Notes under the pieces: generated by a model
What the model saw: only the letters and a program-made list of their open reading frames with translations
Told to the model about the DNA's origin: nothing
The model's database searches: none
Position numbers and translations under genes: made by a program
Shown: piece by piece, positions 9,578 through 18,253 of the stretch
How positions within the stretch are numbered: position 1 is the first letter of the stretch
Layout: each line of letters starts with the position of its first letter
Origin: an uncultured Candidatus Moduliflexus sp.
Lineage (GTDB): Bacteria > Moduliflexota > Moduliflexia > Moduliflexales > Moduliflexaceae
NCBI GenBank assembly: GCA_964602655.1
Contig: CAZRSF010000007.1
Coordinates: 49,708 to 113,707, forward strand
Reading direction: 5' to 3'
Length of the DNA: 64,000 nucleotides

Positions 9578-10852
9578 ATGGAACAAGAAAAGACGCCTCC
9601 CCCGCTCCCTCTAACGTTTCGCCAGTTTTTGCGCCATTGGTTCGTTCGTTATAACCCGCTCTATTTTTTTAGCGCGCTCTGCATGTTGACTGGTGTTTTT
9701 CTGATTTCTCCCGGTTCGAAACAAGAAGGCTGGCAATTTTGGGAAACCGTTTTAACCGCAGTGATTGAACTGTACGAAATTCTGTTGATCGCGGGGGCTG
9801 GCTTACTATTCCGTTATGCCAAACAATATCGCGCCGCAGCGATTTTAGGGATACTGTCAGCGATCTTCCTGTTCGACACAACGTTTCAGACCGAGGTGAT
9901 TGCGACGTTTGATCGGAATGCGGGCATCGTGGTCGCCATTTGTTGGATTTTATTGGCGGCGATCAAATTGGGCGCGATTCGTTGGGCGTTTCGATTGGAT
10001 GAACGTCTTTCTGTTTGTGCCATTCCATTTCTCGGCGCAGCGGGAATCGCGATTTTCCCGCACCTGCTTAGTCGCTTGAACGATGTGAAAAGTCAGATGC
10101 ATCTTGTCGCAATGTGGTACGGAATCGCACTGGTGGCGTACGCATTCTACCAACGCCAAGCGTTGCAAAATCTTACGTCATCCGAAGAGGCTGGCATGGT
10201 AGAAACCGCGTTCGAACGGATTAGTCGCGCTGTCTGGAATATCTGGGCTGGGCTTTATCTGTATCACCTTATTGCTTGGGTTTATACGTTTGACATCTAT
10301 ATTTCGAATCCAGTCCTTTATTGCGCTCCGATTCTTTGGCTGTTCGCATTGCTCTTTTCTCGCGAACAAGAAATCTGGGCTGCCGCTATTGGCACGTTTT
10401 GTATTGTATTATTTACACCCTCGCTCGTTGCGCCGACAGCGCTATTTTTGGGGATTGCGCTTGTGATACAAGCCCGACGCAAACAGTATCCGCGACTCTA
10501 CATCGGTGCGATTCTCGCCGGATATTTCGCGATATGGACACTTGGATGGAAAGCCTGGCCGATTCCACCCATAAGTATTTGGCTGACGGTGTTCGCCATC
10601 GTCGCATTGGCCGGCCTGTCCTGGCGCTTTCGGATGCCGTCGGCGCTCTTGCCTTTGCTGGCAGGCGTTTATCCGCTTATTACTCATTTGCCGTCGTTTA
10701 CCATACGTCAATGGGGAATCGTCTTGATTGCATTAGCGTTTCTCAGCTTGATCGGCGGGGTACTGATTAACTGGCAACTGCGTCGAACGAATGGCGATAC
10801 GAACAATGAACGCCGCGAAGAAAAATCTGGTTCGACCGATGACATCTCGTAA
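9578..10852 (+). CDS. polytopic integral membrane protein, function unknown
   Basis: 424 aa, hydrophobic almost throughout (about 10-12 predicted helices by eye). Divergent from the VWA gene. Confidence 0.6.
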   Translation: MEQEKTPPPLPLTFRQFLRHWFVRYNPLYFFSALCMLTGVFLISPGSKQEGWQFWETVLTAVIELYEILLIAGAGLLFRYAKQYRAAAILGILSAIFLFDTTFQTEVIATFDRNAGIVVAICWILLAAIKLGAIRWAFRLDERLSVCAIPFLGAAGIAIFPHLLSRLNDVKSQMHLVAMWYGIALVAYAFYQRQALQNLTSSEEAGMVETAFERISRAVWNIWAGLYLYHLIAWVYTFDIYISNPVLYCAPILWLFALLFSREQEIWAAAIGTFCIVLFTPSLVAPTALFLGIALVIQARRKQYPRLYIGAILAGYFAIWTLGWKAWPIPPISIWLTVFAIVALAGLSWRFRMPSALLPLLAGVYPLITHLPSFTIRQWGIVLIALAFLSLIGGVLINWQLRRTNGDTNNERREEKSGSTDDIS

Positions 10853-11002
10853 ATCAATTCCGTACATTCAGTGTAATACCGATTGTGGTCGAATGGATCA
10901 TAAATCGTAGGGCGAAACTGTTGTTTCGCCCTTGTCGAAAAGCAGTTTCGACGTACAACGCGAATATGATCTTTTTAAAGGCAATTGGTGTAATTTGTGG
11001 CT

Positions 11003-11839
11003 TTATTTGTGGACAAGCGCAAAGATGTCTTTACATACGTTCAGCAAGTCGAATGCCGCTTCCGGCGTAATCATGTTTGGCCCGTCGCAGGGCGCGTGAT
11101 CAGGGTCAGGATGCACTTCGAGAAACAGGCCGCTCGCTCCGGCAGCCACCGCCGCCCGCGCTAACGTTGCCACGAATTGCCGTTCGCCGGAAGACGACGT
11201 GCCTGCGCCGCCAGGAAGTTGGACGCTGTGCGTGGCGTCGAAGATCACCGGGTAGCCAAAGCCCTGCACAATCGGAATCGCCCGCATATCAGACACGAGG
11301 TTGCCATAGCCGAAACTCGCGCCCCGTTCCGTGATGACAACCTGATCGTTGCCGCTCGTGATGACCTTTTGAGCGCAATTTTTCATATCGCTCGGCGCGA
11401 GAAACTGCCCTTTTTTGATATTGACGATTTTGCCGGTTTGCGCTGCCGCGACAAGCAGATCGGTTTGGCGGCACAAAAACGCCGGAATTTGCAGCATATC
11501 CGCCACTTCCGCAACCGGCGCGGCCTCGTCTGGCGTGTGAATATCGGTCACAATCGGCACGTCGAATTGACGCCGAATTTCGTCTAAAATCCGCAAGCCC
11601 CGCTCAAAGCCGATGCCGCGATAGGACGATAACGAACTGCGATTGGCTTTGTCGAATGAAGATTTATAAATAAACGGTAAGCCTAATTGCGCTGTAATTT
11701 CTTTCAGATGTTCGGCGGTCGTGAAATTGACGGCAGGATCGTCCTCGATGACGCAGGGGCCGGCGATGACGACAAGCTGGTCGCCGCCGATACTGAAGTC
11801 GCGCAATGACACGCGATGAAGTTGAGTGATCTGTTCCAT
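11003..11839 (-). CDS. kdsA: 3-deoxy-8-phosphooctulonate (KDO8P) synthase
   Basis: Strong resemblance to E. coli KdsA: [44 protein letters not shown]. Start trimmed to MEQITQ. Confidence 0.9.
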   Translation of the reverse strand: MEQITQLHRVSLRDFSIGGDQLVVIAGPCVIEDDPAVNFTTAEHLKEITAQLGLPFIYKSSFDKANRSSLSSYRGIGFERGLRILDEIRRQFDVPIVTDIHTPDEAAPVAEVADMLQIPAFLCRQTDLLVAAAQTGKIVNIKKGQFLAPSDMKNCAQKVITSGNDQVVITERGASFGYGNLVSDMRAIPIVQGFGYPVIFDATHSVQLPGGAGTSSSGERQFVATLARAAVAAGASGLFLEVHPDPDHAPCDGPNMITPEAAFDLLNVCKDIFALVHK

Positions 11840-11856
11840 AGTCCTAAGTAGTGCCA

Positions 11857-11903
11857 GGAGTGCCAACGCTTGCTTTGGCGGCCAAAGCAAGCGTTGGCAC
11901 TCC
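11857..11903. repeat. perfect 23+1+23 palindrome, GGAGTGCCAA(A/C)GCTTGCTTTGGC family
   Basis: ggagtgccaacgcttgctttggc g gccaaagcaagcgttggcactcc. It lies between the RACE-like gene stop and the kdsA start and probably also acts as a terminator. Confidence 0.8.
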
Positions 11904-11919
11904 ATCATTGATTTTGAAA

Positions 11920-13746
11920 TTATCCGGGAAAGCGCATCTGTTCGGCGAACATCGTCTGGAACCGCGTATCGTTCGTCAAGGCGAGATGTTCGGTTCGCCG
12001 GGCGATCACATCGGCTTCATCTTTGGCTGCACGGGAAAGCAAAGCCAGTTGCGCCCCTAAACCGGCGGCGTTCCCGACTGACCGAATCCGTTCGCGGGGC
12101 ACATCAGGAATCAGGCCGATCCGCGTGGCGCTGTCAATATCAATATAATTGCCGAACGCGCCCGCTAACAAGATTTCCGCGATGTCGTCCTGCTCGATTC
12201 CCATGCGCTGCATCAGCATCGCGATGCCCGTCGCAATCGCGCCTTTGGCAAGTTGCAATTCGCGAACGTCCTGCTGTGTAATAACAATCGGCTCGCCGGA
12301 TTCGGTCTGATGGGCGTCCATCAATACGAACGAACGCTTGCCGTCGCCAACTCGCAGCCGCGTCCGCAACGCGAACGGCACGCCCTTTTTCTCCGCATCT
12401 TCCGGCGTCAACAGGCGTCCGCTGCTATTGATCAGCCCGGCATCCAACATCTGCGCAATCGCGTCAACAAGGCCAGAGCCGCAAATTCCCTGCGCCGGAC
12501 ATTCGCCGAGCACATGACACTGCACGTCGCCGTCAATTGCCACGCGGTCTATCGCGCCAGCCGCGCCGCGCATCCCATGCGTGATCTGCGCTCCTTCGAA
12601 GGCCGTGCCAGCCGCCGCAGAACAGGCGAGCAAGCTCTCTTTCGAGCCAAGCACGATTTCTCCGTTCGTGCCGATGTCAATGGCTAATGTGATGTGATCG
12701 TTCGCATGCAGCGCCGTCGCCAACACCACGCCGACCGTATCAGCGCCGACGAATCCGGCAATCAGCGGCAGCATCACCACCCGCGCCTGCGGAAAAATAT
12801 GCAGCCCAAACTCTTTCGCCGTTAAGACGATCTGGTCGCGAATCGCCGGAAGATACGGCGCTCTGCCTAAATGCACCGGCGAGATATGCAGCAGCAGATG
12901 ATGCATGACGGTATTGCCGACGATAGTGACTTCATAAATCTGCTGCGCGTCAATCCCGGCCTGCTCGCAGACCTCTTCGATAATCGTATTCAGCGTTTTC
13001 AGAATGTGTTCATGAAGTTTCTGCAAACTGGCGCGATCTTGCTGCGCGAAGGTAATGCGCGACATCAGATCGCCGCCATAGACGGTCTGAGCGTTCAAGG
13101 CCGACGCCACCGCGATTTCCTGGCCGGTATGCAGATTGAGCAAATACCCCACGACTGTCGTCGTGCCGACATCAAACGCCAGCCCGTACATCTGTTCGCA
13201 TGTATAGCCCGGTTCGATGCCGATCACGGTATTTTTCCAGCAGACGACCGTCATTTCGCGACGATGCTCGAATAGCACGGATGGCAGATGCCGCAATGCC
13301 GCAAGATCAATGTCCGCTGCCGCGAGATGTTCGCGCACATCCTCGAAATCAGAACTTTGATGTTCTTCAATTCTCTGCGGCAGAATGAGAAACTGCTTGC
13401 TGACATCAGGCGCTAAAACCACTTCTTCGCGTTCGGTATGCGAGAGGATGCGGTGCAATTGCTCAGAAATCGGCGGAATGACGCGCACCACGCCGTCAGT
13501 GAGCGCTCTGGTTTTGCAGGCAAGACGATACCTCTGCCGCAAGCGTTTTTCTCCCAGCACGCGGAAATCTTCGTCGGTCGGCGGCGTAAACTCGCCGCGA
13601 ATCAGTTGAATGCGGCAACTGTTGCAGCGGCCTTTGCCGCCGCAGGTCGCGACAATCTCCACGCCGCCTTGATGAGCGCATTCTAACACCGTTTGCGTCG
13701 GCTGAATCTCAATCGTTTTTTCTTCGGGCTGAAAGGTGATGTTCAT
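11920..13746 (-). CDS. ASKHA-fold corrinoid reductive activase (RACE/AcsV-like) with N-terminal 2Fe-2S ferredoxin domain
   Basis: The N-terminus [13 protein letters not shown]...LACKT is a plant-type ferredoxin. The rest fits a DUF4445/ASKHA ATPase architecture ([17 protein letters not shown]). Confidence 0.75.
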   Translation of the reverse strand: MNITFQPEEKTIEIQPTQTVLECAHQGGVEIVATCGGKGRCNSCRIQLIRGEFTPPTDEDFRVLGEKRLRQRYRLACKTRALTDGVVRVIPPISEQLHRILSHTEREEVVLAPDVSKQFLILPQRIEEHQSSDFEDVREHLAAADIDLAALRHLPSVLFEHRREMTVVCWKNTVIGIEPGYTCEQMYGLAFDVGTTTVVGYLLNLHTGQEIAVASALNAQTVYGGDLMSRITFAQQDRASLQKLHEHILKTLNTIIEEVCEQAGIDAQQIYEVTIVGNTVMHHLLLHISPVHLGRAPYLPAIRDQIVLTAKEFGLHIFPQARVVMLPLIAGFVGADTVGVVLATALHANDHITLAIDIGTNGEIVLGSKESLLACSAAAGTAFEGAQITHGMRGAAGAIDRVAIDGDVQCHVLGECPAQGICGSGLVDAIAQMLDAGLINSSGRLLTPEDAEKKGVPFALRTRLRVGDGKRSFVLMDAHQTESGEPIVITQQDVRELQLAKGAIATGIAMLMQRMGIEQDDIAEILLAGAFGNYIDIDSATRIGLIPDVPRERIRSVGNAAGLGAQLALLSRAAKDEADVIARRTEHLALTNDTRFQTMFAEQMRFPG

Positions 13747-13769
13747 CGCAGATTTGGGAATGAGACGTT

Positions 13770-13865
13770 CCAGGGGTTGAAACCCCAGTCTTTATTCCGT
13801 TGCCGCTTCGCGGCAAGCCTCGCCCTGAAAGGGCGTTGGCATAAAGACAGGGGTTCCAACCCCTG
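13770..13865. repeat. 96-bp nested-palindrome element (core CCGTTGCCGCTTCGCGGCA..CGCCCTGAAAGGGCG)
   Basis: A second copy with the same architecture lies at 38544..38641. Confidence 0.75.
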
Positions 13866-13879
13866 AGAAATTCGCCGGG

Positions 13880-14761
13880 TTATGCTCCTTTGACCATCGT
13901 GGCGATGGCTCGAAGGTAGTCGGGATTCGTGCCGCAGCAGCCGCCGATAATGCGCACATCAAGATCAAGCAGCGGTTTCATCAGATCAGCCATCTCTGAC
14001 GGTGTCATGGTATAGACATTTTTGCCATCGCGCAGTTCAGGAAGCCCGGCGTTCGGCTGCGCGATCAGGTAGCCATTCGTCACGGAGCGCATCGCCTGAA
14101 GCACGCCGACGGTCAGTTCCGGTCCCGCGCCGCAATTCGTGCCGACAACATCCGCGCCGGCCTGCTGCAATGCTTCGACCGCCTGTTCCGGCGATGTGCC
14201 CATCATGGTGCGGTAGCCTTTCTTTTTTTGCTCGAAGGTCATCGTCGCCACCACTGGCAGCGAGGTATTTTCTTTGACCGCTTTCACCGCAATCACCGTT
14301 TCTTCCAGGCTGATCATGGTTTCCACGAAGGCTGCATCCACGTCGCCGGCTTGCAACGCGAGCGCCTGGGCTTTGAACGCCTGATATGCGTCGTCTTCGG
14401 CTAATGCGCCATACGGTTTGAGAAGTTGTCCGATTGGTCCAATCGATCCGGCGACAAAACGTTGCTCGCCAGCGGCTTTGCGGGCGATTTCAGCGCCTTT
14501 GCGATTCCATTCCGCCATCTTATCGGCAACATGATAATCATTGAGTTTGATGGACGTTCCGCCGAACGTGTTCGTTTCCACCATATCGCATCCGGCGTCG
14601 AAATACGCCTGATGAATCGCCTGCACGTCGTTCGGGTGCGACACGTTCCATTCTTCGGGGCACGCGCCTTGCGGCAGCCCTCTGGCAAATAACATCGTGC
14701 CCATTGCGCCGTCCGATACGAGGCGGCGTTTTGCTAATTCCGCTAAAAAATCTCGCGCCAT
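13880..14761 (-). CDS. homocysteine S-methyltransferase domain protein (MetH N-terminal-module-like)
   Basis: 293 aa. Hcy-binding-domain pattern with the C-terminal zinc site GGCCGTNP and GTNCG. Confidence 0.8.
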   Translation of the reverse strand: MARDFLAELAKRRLVSDGAMGTMLFARGLPQGACPEEWNVSHPNDVQAIHQAYFDAGCDMVETNTFGGTSIKLNDYHVADKMAEWNRKGAEIARKAAGEQRFVAGSIGPIGQLLKPYGALAEDDAYQAFKAQALALQAGDVDAAFVETMISLEETVIAVKAVKENTSLPVVATMTFEQKKKGYRTMMGTSPEQAVEALQQAGADVVGTNCGAGPELTVGVLQAMRSVTNGYLIAQPNAGLPELRDGKNVYTMTPSEMADLMKPLLDLDVRIIGGCCGTNPDYLRAIATMVKGA

Positions 14762-14767
14762 TTAACG

Positions 14768-14866
14768 AATAGAACACTGATTGGACTGATAGAACTGATT
14801 TTCATTGATTTTTTATTTTAAATCATCAGTGTTGATCTGTTTTATCAGTCCAATCAGTGTTCTATT
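14768..14866. repeat. 99-bp MITE-like element with perfect 24-bp terminal inverted repeats (AATAGAACACTGATTGGACTGATA)
   Basis: The arms at 14768..14791 and 14843..14866 are exact reverse complements. A solo arm lies at 28943..28964. Confidence 0.8.
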
Positions 14867-15437
14867 TTTTTTCCAAATTCACTTTGCCGATTTCCATATA
14901 TTCCGAGCCGGTAGATTTCAATTCGCTGCGAATCAGATAGAGCGCATCTACTGAAGTGACGCCGACCCAGATATTGACAATGCCTTCGATTGCCCGGAAG
15001 AGAGTGCTTTTATTTTTCTGTGATCGCACCCGTCCGAGCGTCAGATGCGGCTGAAATCGCCCGCTTTCCCCCTGAAATCCCAATGCTTCAAGACGCGGCG
15101 ACAGGTCAGCTTCCAATGTTTTCAAACTCCCGCTTTCATCGTCGGTGATGCCGATCCAAATCACGCGGGGGAAGCTCATGTTCGGAAACGCGCCCGCGTA
15201 GCCGATTTGCATCGAAAACGGGGATACTGTCTTCGCGCTTACAGTCATGGCGTCTAAAATTGCGGGGATTTGCGCTTCCTGAATATCCCCTAAGAATTTC
15301 AGGGTCAGATGAATGTTGTCCGGCTTTACCCAAGAGATTTGCGCATCCGCTTGTTTTAATTTCTCCTGAATTCCCGCCAGCTTTTCCTGGATTTCCTGCG
15401 AAATCTTGATGGCAATAAATGCTCGAATTCCGTCCAT
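14862..15437 (-). CDS. thpR: RNA 2',3'-cyclic phosphodiesterase (2H family, ThpR/LigT)
   Basis: Two HxTx motifs (HLTLKF and HLTLGR). Start trimmed to MDGIRAFIAI. Confidence 0.8.
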   Translation of the reverse strand: MDGIRAFIAIKISQEIQEKLAGIQEKLKQADAQISWVKPDNIHLTLKFLGDIQEAQIPAILDAMTVSAKTVSPFSMQIGYAGAFPNMSFPRVIWIGITDDESGSLKTLEADLSPRLEALGFQGESGRFQPHLTLGRVRSQKNKSTLFRAIEGIVNIWVGVTSVDALYLIRSELKSTGSEYMEIGKVNLEKK

Positions 15438-15505
15438 AATTTTTTCGTGTATCGCCGCGACTTCAGAGCGTCCTCCATCCTGACATCGCGCGACAGCGTC
15501 CACGT

Positions 15506-16753
15506 TTATTTTTCGCGTAACAGTTCGCCGCGCAGCATATCTAACGCCGTTTGCGCGGTTCTGGTCTTGATCTCAAGGCGATCCCCTGAAAATTGGCATT
15601 TCCGCCAGTGCGTACCGCCTTGTTCGGAAGAAACAGCAATAAAGACCAATCCCACCGGCTTATTCGGCGTCGCGCCGCCCGGCCCCGCGATGCCCGTCAC
15701 CGCGACGCCATAGGTGGTCTGCGACAGCCAGCGAATGCCTTCCGCCATTGCAACGGCTGTTTCGGCACTGACCGCGCCATGCTGCTCGATGATATTCGGA
15801 GACACGTCCAATAACGACATTTTCGCATCATTGCTATACGCCACAATTCCACGTTCCATATACATCGAACTGCCTGGAACATTTGTCAATCTGTGCGCAA
15901 TCAGGCCGCCGGTGCAGGATTCCGCCACTGCGACGGTCTGTCTGCGGTCGGCTAACAGTCTGCCGACAACTTCTTCCAGTGTTTCAGCGCCGACGCCGTA
16001 AACATACCGTTCCAATTTTTTGATAATCTGCTCGTTCAATGAGCGCAAACGACTTTCAACGTCGGTCTGAATTTCCCCTTTGACAGTCAAAATGATTGAG
16101 ATTTCCTCACCATCTTCGACGTAATTCAGCAATTGCTGACCGCCTTCCCAGTCAATGCCTTTCAATGATTCTTTGATTTTCGACAATGGCAATCCGCAGG
16201 TTTTGAATATTATGCCGTTGACCGTGCCGAATCGAAATGTTTTGGGGTCAAGGCGCGGCAAAATGCGCTGTTTGACAATCTGCTCGATTTCGTCAGGTTG
16301 CCCCGGCAGCAAGACCACGCTGTTTTGTTCATGCGTAAACAAAAACGCCGGCATTCGGCCTTTTTCATTGTCCAACATTTCTGCTTCCGTTGGGACTAAC
16401 GCCTGTTTTTCCGCTGTCGGCGGCATGGTATCTCCGCGAGCTTCATATTCGGCTTTGATTGCGTCCAACAATTTATAGTTCAGGATCAGGCGCTTTTTCA
16501 GTACGCGCGTCAGCAATTTTTTGGCGGTGTCATACTCGCCGGACATAACTTTTGCCACGATAAAGACCAGGCTCGACCGTCCGATAGCCTGACGCAGCAC
16601 GTCTTCCATCCGATTTTCCTGTCCGCTGACGAATGAGACGTAATCCACTTCGATTCCGGCGTCTAACAATTGGCGAGAGATGACCGCTACGCTGTTATTC
16701 CGAGCGTCTTGAATAATGAATTCGCTTCCGACTGAGATGATTTCGACTGGCAC
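15506..16753 (-). CDS. cinA: CinA family protein (MoCF-like N domain plus nicotinamide-nucleotide amidohydrolase PncC domain)
   Basis: C-terminal VAVAESCTGGLIAHRLTNVPGSS and GVAVTGIAGPGG motifs. Confidence 0.85.
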   Translation of the reverse strand: MPVEIISVGSEFIIQDARNNSVAVISRQLLDAGIEVDYVSFVSGQENRMEDVLRQAIGRSSLVFIVAKVMSGEYDTAKKLLTRVLKKRLILNYKLLDAIKAEYEARGDTMPPTAEKQALVPTEAEMLDNEKGRMPAFLFTHEQNSVVLLPGQPDEIEQIVKQRILPRLDPKTFRFGTVNGIIFKTCGLPLSKIKESLKGIDWEGGQQLLNYVEDGEEISIILTVKGEIQTDVESRLRSLNEQIIKKLERYVYGVGAETLEEVVGRLLADRRQTVAVAESCTGGLIAHRLTNVPGSSMYMERGIVAYSNDAKMSLLDVSPNIIEQHGAVSAETAVAMAEGIRWLSQTTYGVAVTGIAGPGGATPNKPVGLVFIAVSSEQGGTHWRKCQFSGDRLEIKTRTAQTALDMLRGELLREK

Positions 16754-16811
16754 GTATTTTCTCCGTTTTTTAAAAGCTGTCAGACACTTTCAAAGTGACT
16801 GACAGCTAATT

Positions 16812-17348
16812 TTACGCAAATCGTTCGATCAGGAATTTCGCCGCTTGCAGGAGGATATTGCCGTACACGCCAGCCAGCGCGTCGTCAATCATGACGCCGA
16901 AACCTTTCAGATTCGGATTTTCATCAAGGCTGCGAATCGGGTATGGTTTGAGAATGTCAAAAAATCGGAAGACAAAAAACCCGGCGATAATCCATTGCCA
17001 CTTGAACGGCTGCCACGCAAACGGCAAAAACGCCATCGTAATGAGGTAGCCGACGATTTCATCAATCACGATAATGCCATGGTCTTGTTCCTGTGACGCT
17101 TCTTCGATACGGTTCGCCCCTTGAATGCCGAACAAAAACAATACGAGCGCGATCGCGCCATACGGCAGCCATTGCATCCATCCCGCCGGAAGGAATGCGC
17201 CAAGTTTCATCAGGCCGAGATAGAGCGGAATGCCAACTAACGTGCCGAACGTGCCGGACGCAATCGGCGCGAAGCCGGAGAACAATCCGGTCGTAAGCGC
17301 TAACTGCCCCCAACCGACCTTTTTTGCAAATTTTTGAAGTCCTGCCAT
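16812..17348 (-). CDS. pgpA: phosphatidylglycerophosphatase A
   Basis: FGTLVGIPLY, VIDEIVGY and FRFFDILKPYPI motifs in a 178-aa membrane protein. Confidence 0.85.
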   Translation of the reverse strand: MAGLQKFAKKVGWGQLALTTGLFSGFAPIASGTFGTLVGIPLYLGLMKLGAFLPAGWMQWLPYGAIALVLFLFGIQGANRIEEASQEQDHGIIVIDEIVGYLITMAFLPFAWQPFKWQWIIAGFFVFRFFDILKPYPIRSLDENPNLKGFGVMIDDALAGVYGNILLQAAKFLIERFA

Positions 17349-17599
17349 ATCTATTTTTCAACGTCCGGTCTCTTGAAAGCCGCAGCAAAAATCGTACAGC
17401 GGTTTCCGCGTCGGGACGCCTTTTTATAAATTATGATTACATGAATGACTATGTTTGCGTCTTCATCGTATATCTGCAAAGGCGAGCTTCTCTGTCAACA
17501 AATATATGAGGAAATCTCCGAATTGCAGAAAAAAAGTTGTGCCGGCACATTTTTCTTGACGAAATTCCGGTGAGTTGTTTTTCCAGTATTTCAATAGAT

Positions 17600-17921
17600 G
17601 GGTCGTTAGCTCAGTTGGTAGAGCAGCTGACTCTTGGTAAGGGAGCCTCATACAGTAATGTATGAGTGAAAATTCGACTATATGCTAGGACGTCCTGAGA
17701 GCCTGAACTACTTCGTAAGAAGTAAAAATGTTCAGGATTGGATAATTAGCAGGCAACCCTCAAAAAATTTTGAGGAAGCCCTCAGAGGCCATACGTCGAA
17801 CATCCGGCAGGTAAGGCTGAGGATGATGAAATGGTCCAGACCGCAACGTCTGAGTGATGGTTAGCGAAAGCTAATGCGGTAGGTAATCAGCGGGTCAGAG
17901 GTTCGAGCCCTCTACGGCCTA
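17600..17921 (+). tRNA. tRNA-Lys(CUU), interrupted in the anticodon loop by a 249-nt intron. No CCA is encoded.
   Basis: Exons 17600..17634 and 17884..17921 join into a 73-nt cloverleaf very similar to bacterial tRNA-Lys. The anticodon loop is CTCTTAA. Confidence 0.75.
17635..17883 (+). ncRNA. candidate group I (IC3-like) self-splicing intron
   Basis: It follows an exon U and ends in G. GGGAG at 17641..17645 can pair with the exon end CUCU through a terminal U.G pair. It has a P2-like hairpin (17647..17666), a possible P4 pairing (17673..17678 with 17795..17800) and a GAAA-tetraloop hairpin (17861..17874). I did not derive the full fold. Confidence 0.65.
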
Positions 17922-17948
17922 TTTTCCCATCATAATAAAGTTTTCAGA

Positions 17949-18153
17949 TTATTCATACCAATCTTTCGGAATCAATTTTTTTCCTTTTCTCCATTCTTCC
18001 ATAACTCCCCTGAAAATCTTTTATCTTCGAATTGGCATGGTCGGTGATGATGACTTGAAGGTTTGGCGAGAGGTCTTTTACTGTGTCAAAAATCAGTCGA
18101 TACATGTTATATACAGCCTGTTCATCACTCGTGAGTTTGCAGATGACAGACAA
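17949..18153 (-). pseudogene. 3' remnant of a DUF3732-type (ABC-3C SMC-like ATPase) gene, frameshifted
   Basis: One frame reads NLQVIITDHA...DFQ. A shifted frame reads VMEEWRKGKKLIPKDWYE-stop. Together these match the characteristic C-terminus of DUF3732 proteins as I remember it. The N-terminal ~90% is absent. Confidence 0.5.
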
Positions 18154-18253
18154 AAGGAACAGGTCGCTTTTGTTCCAAAGAAAAACCTTGAGGAATCTGC
18201 CTTTTCGCAGGTTATTCTAATGCGTCATGAAATATGATGGGGGACGAATAACA

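Noticed and set aside
9370-9654. 94-aa ORF containing VFAVVEAKTDNINSNFGQ..VEMVAAQ, reminiscent of the (E)xK core of HsdR_N/PD-(D/E)xK-like small proteins.
   Set aside because: Only a ~50-aa core is present. It lacks the upstream Asp-containing half and runs into the start of the next gene. At best it is a gene fragment, and it is not supportable as a functional CDS.
17540-17599. TTGACG at 17556..17561 as a possible promoter for the tRNA, and a GTGCCGGCAC plus T-run hairpin at ~17540..17555.
   Set aside because: No acceptable -10 hexamer lies 16-19 nt downstream. The hairpin has no obvious upstream gene to terminate on the plus strand. Both are left uncalled.
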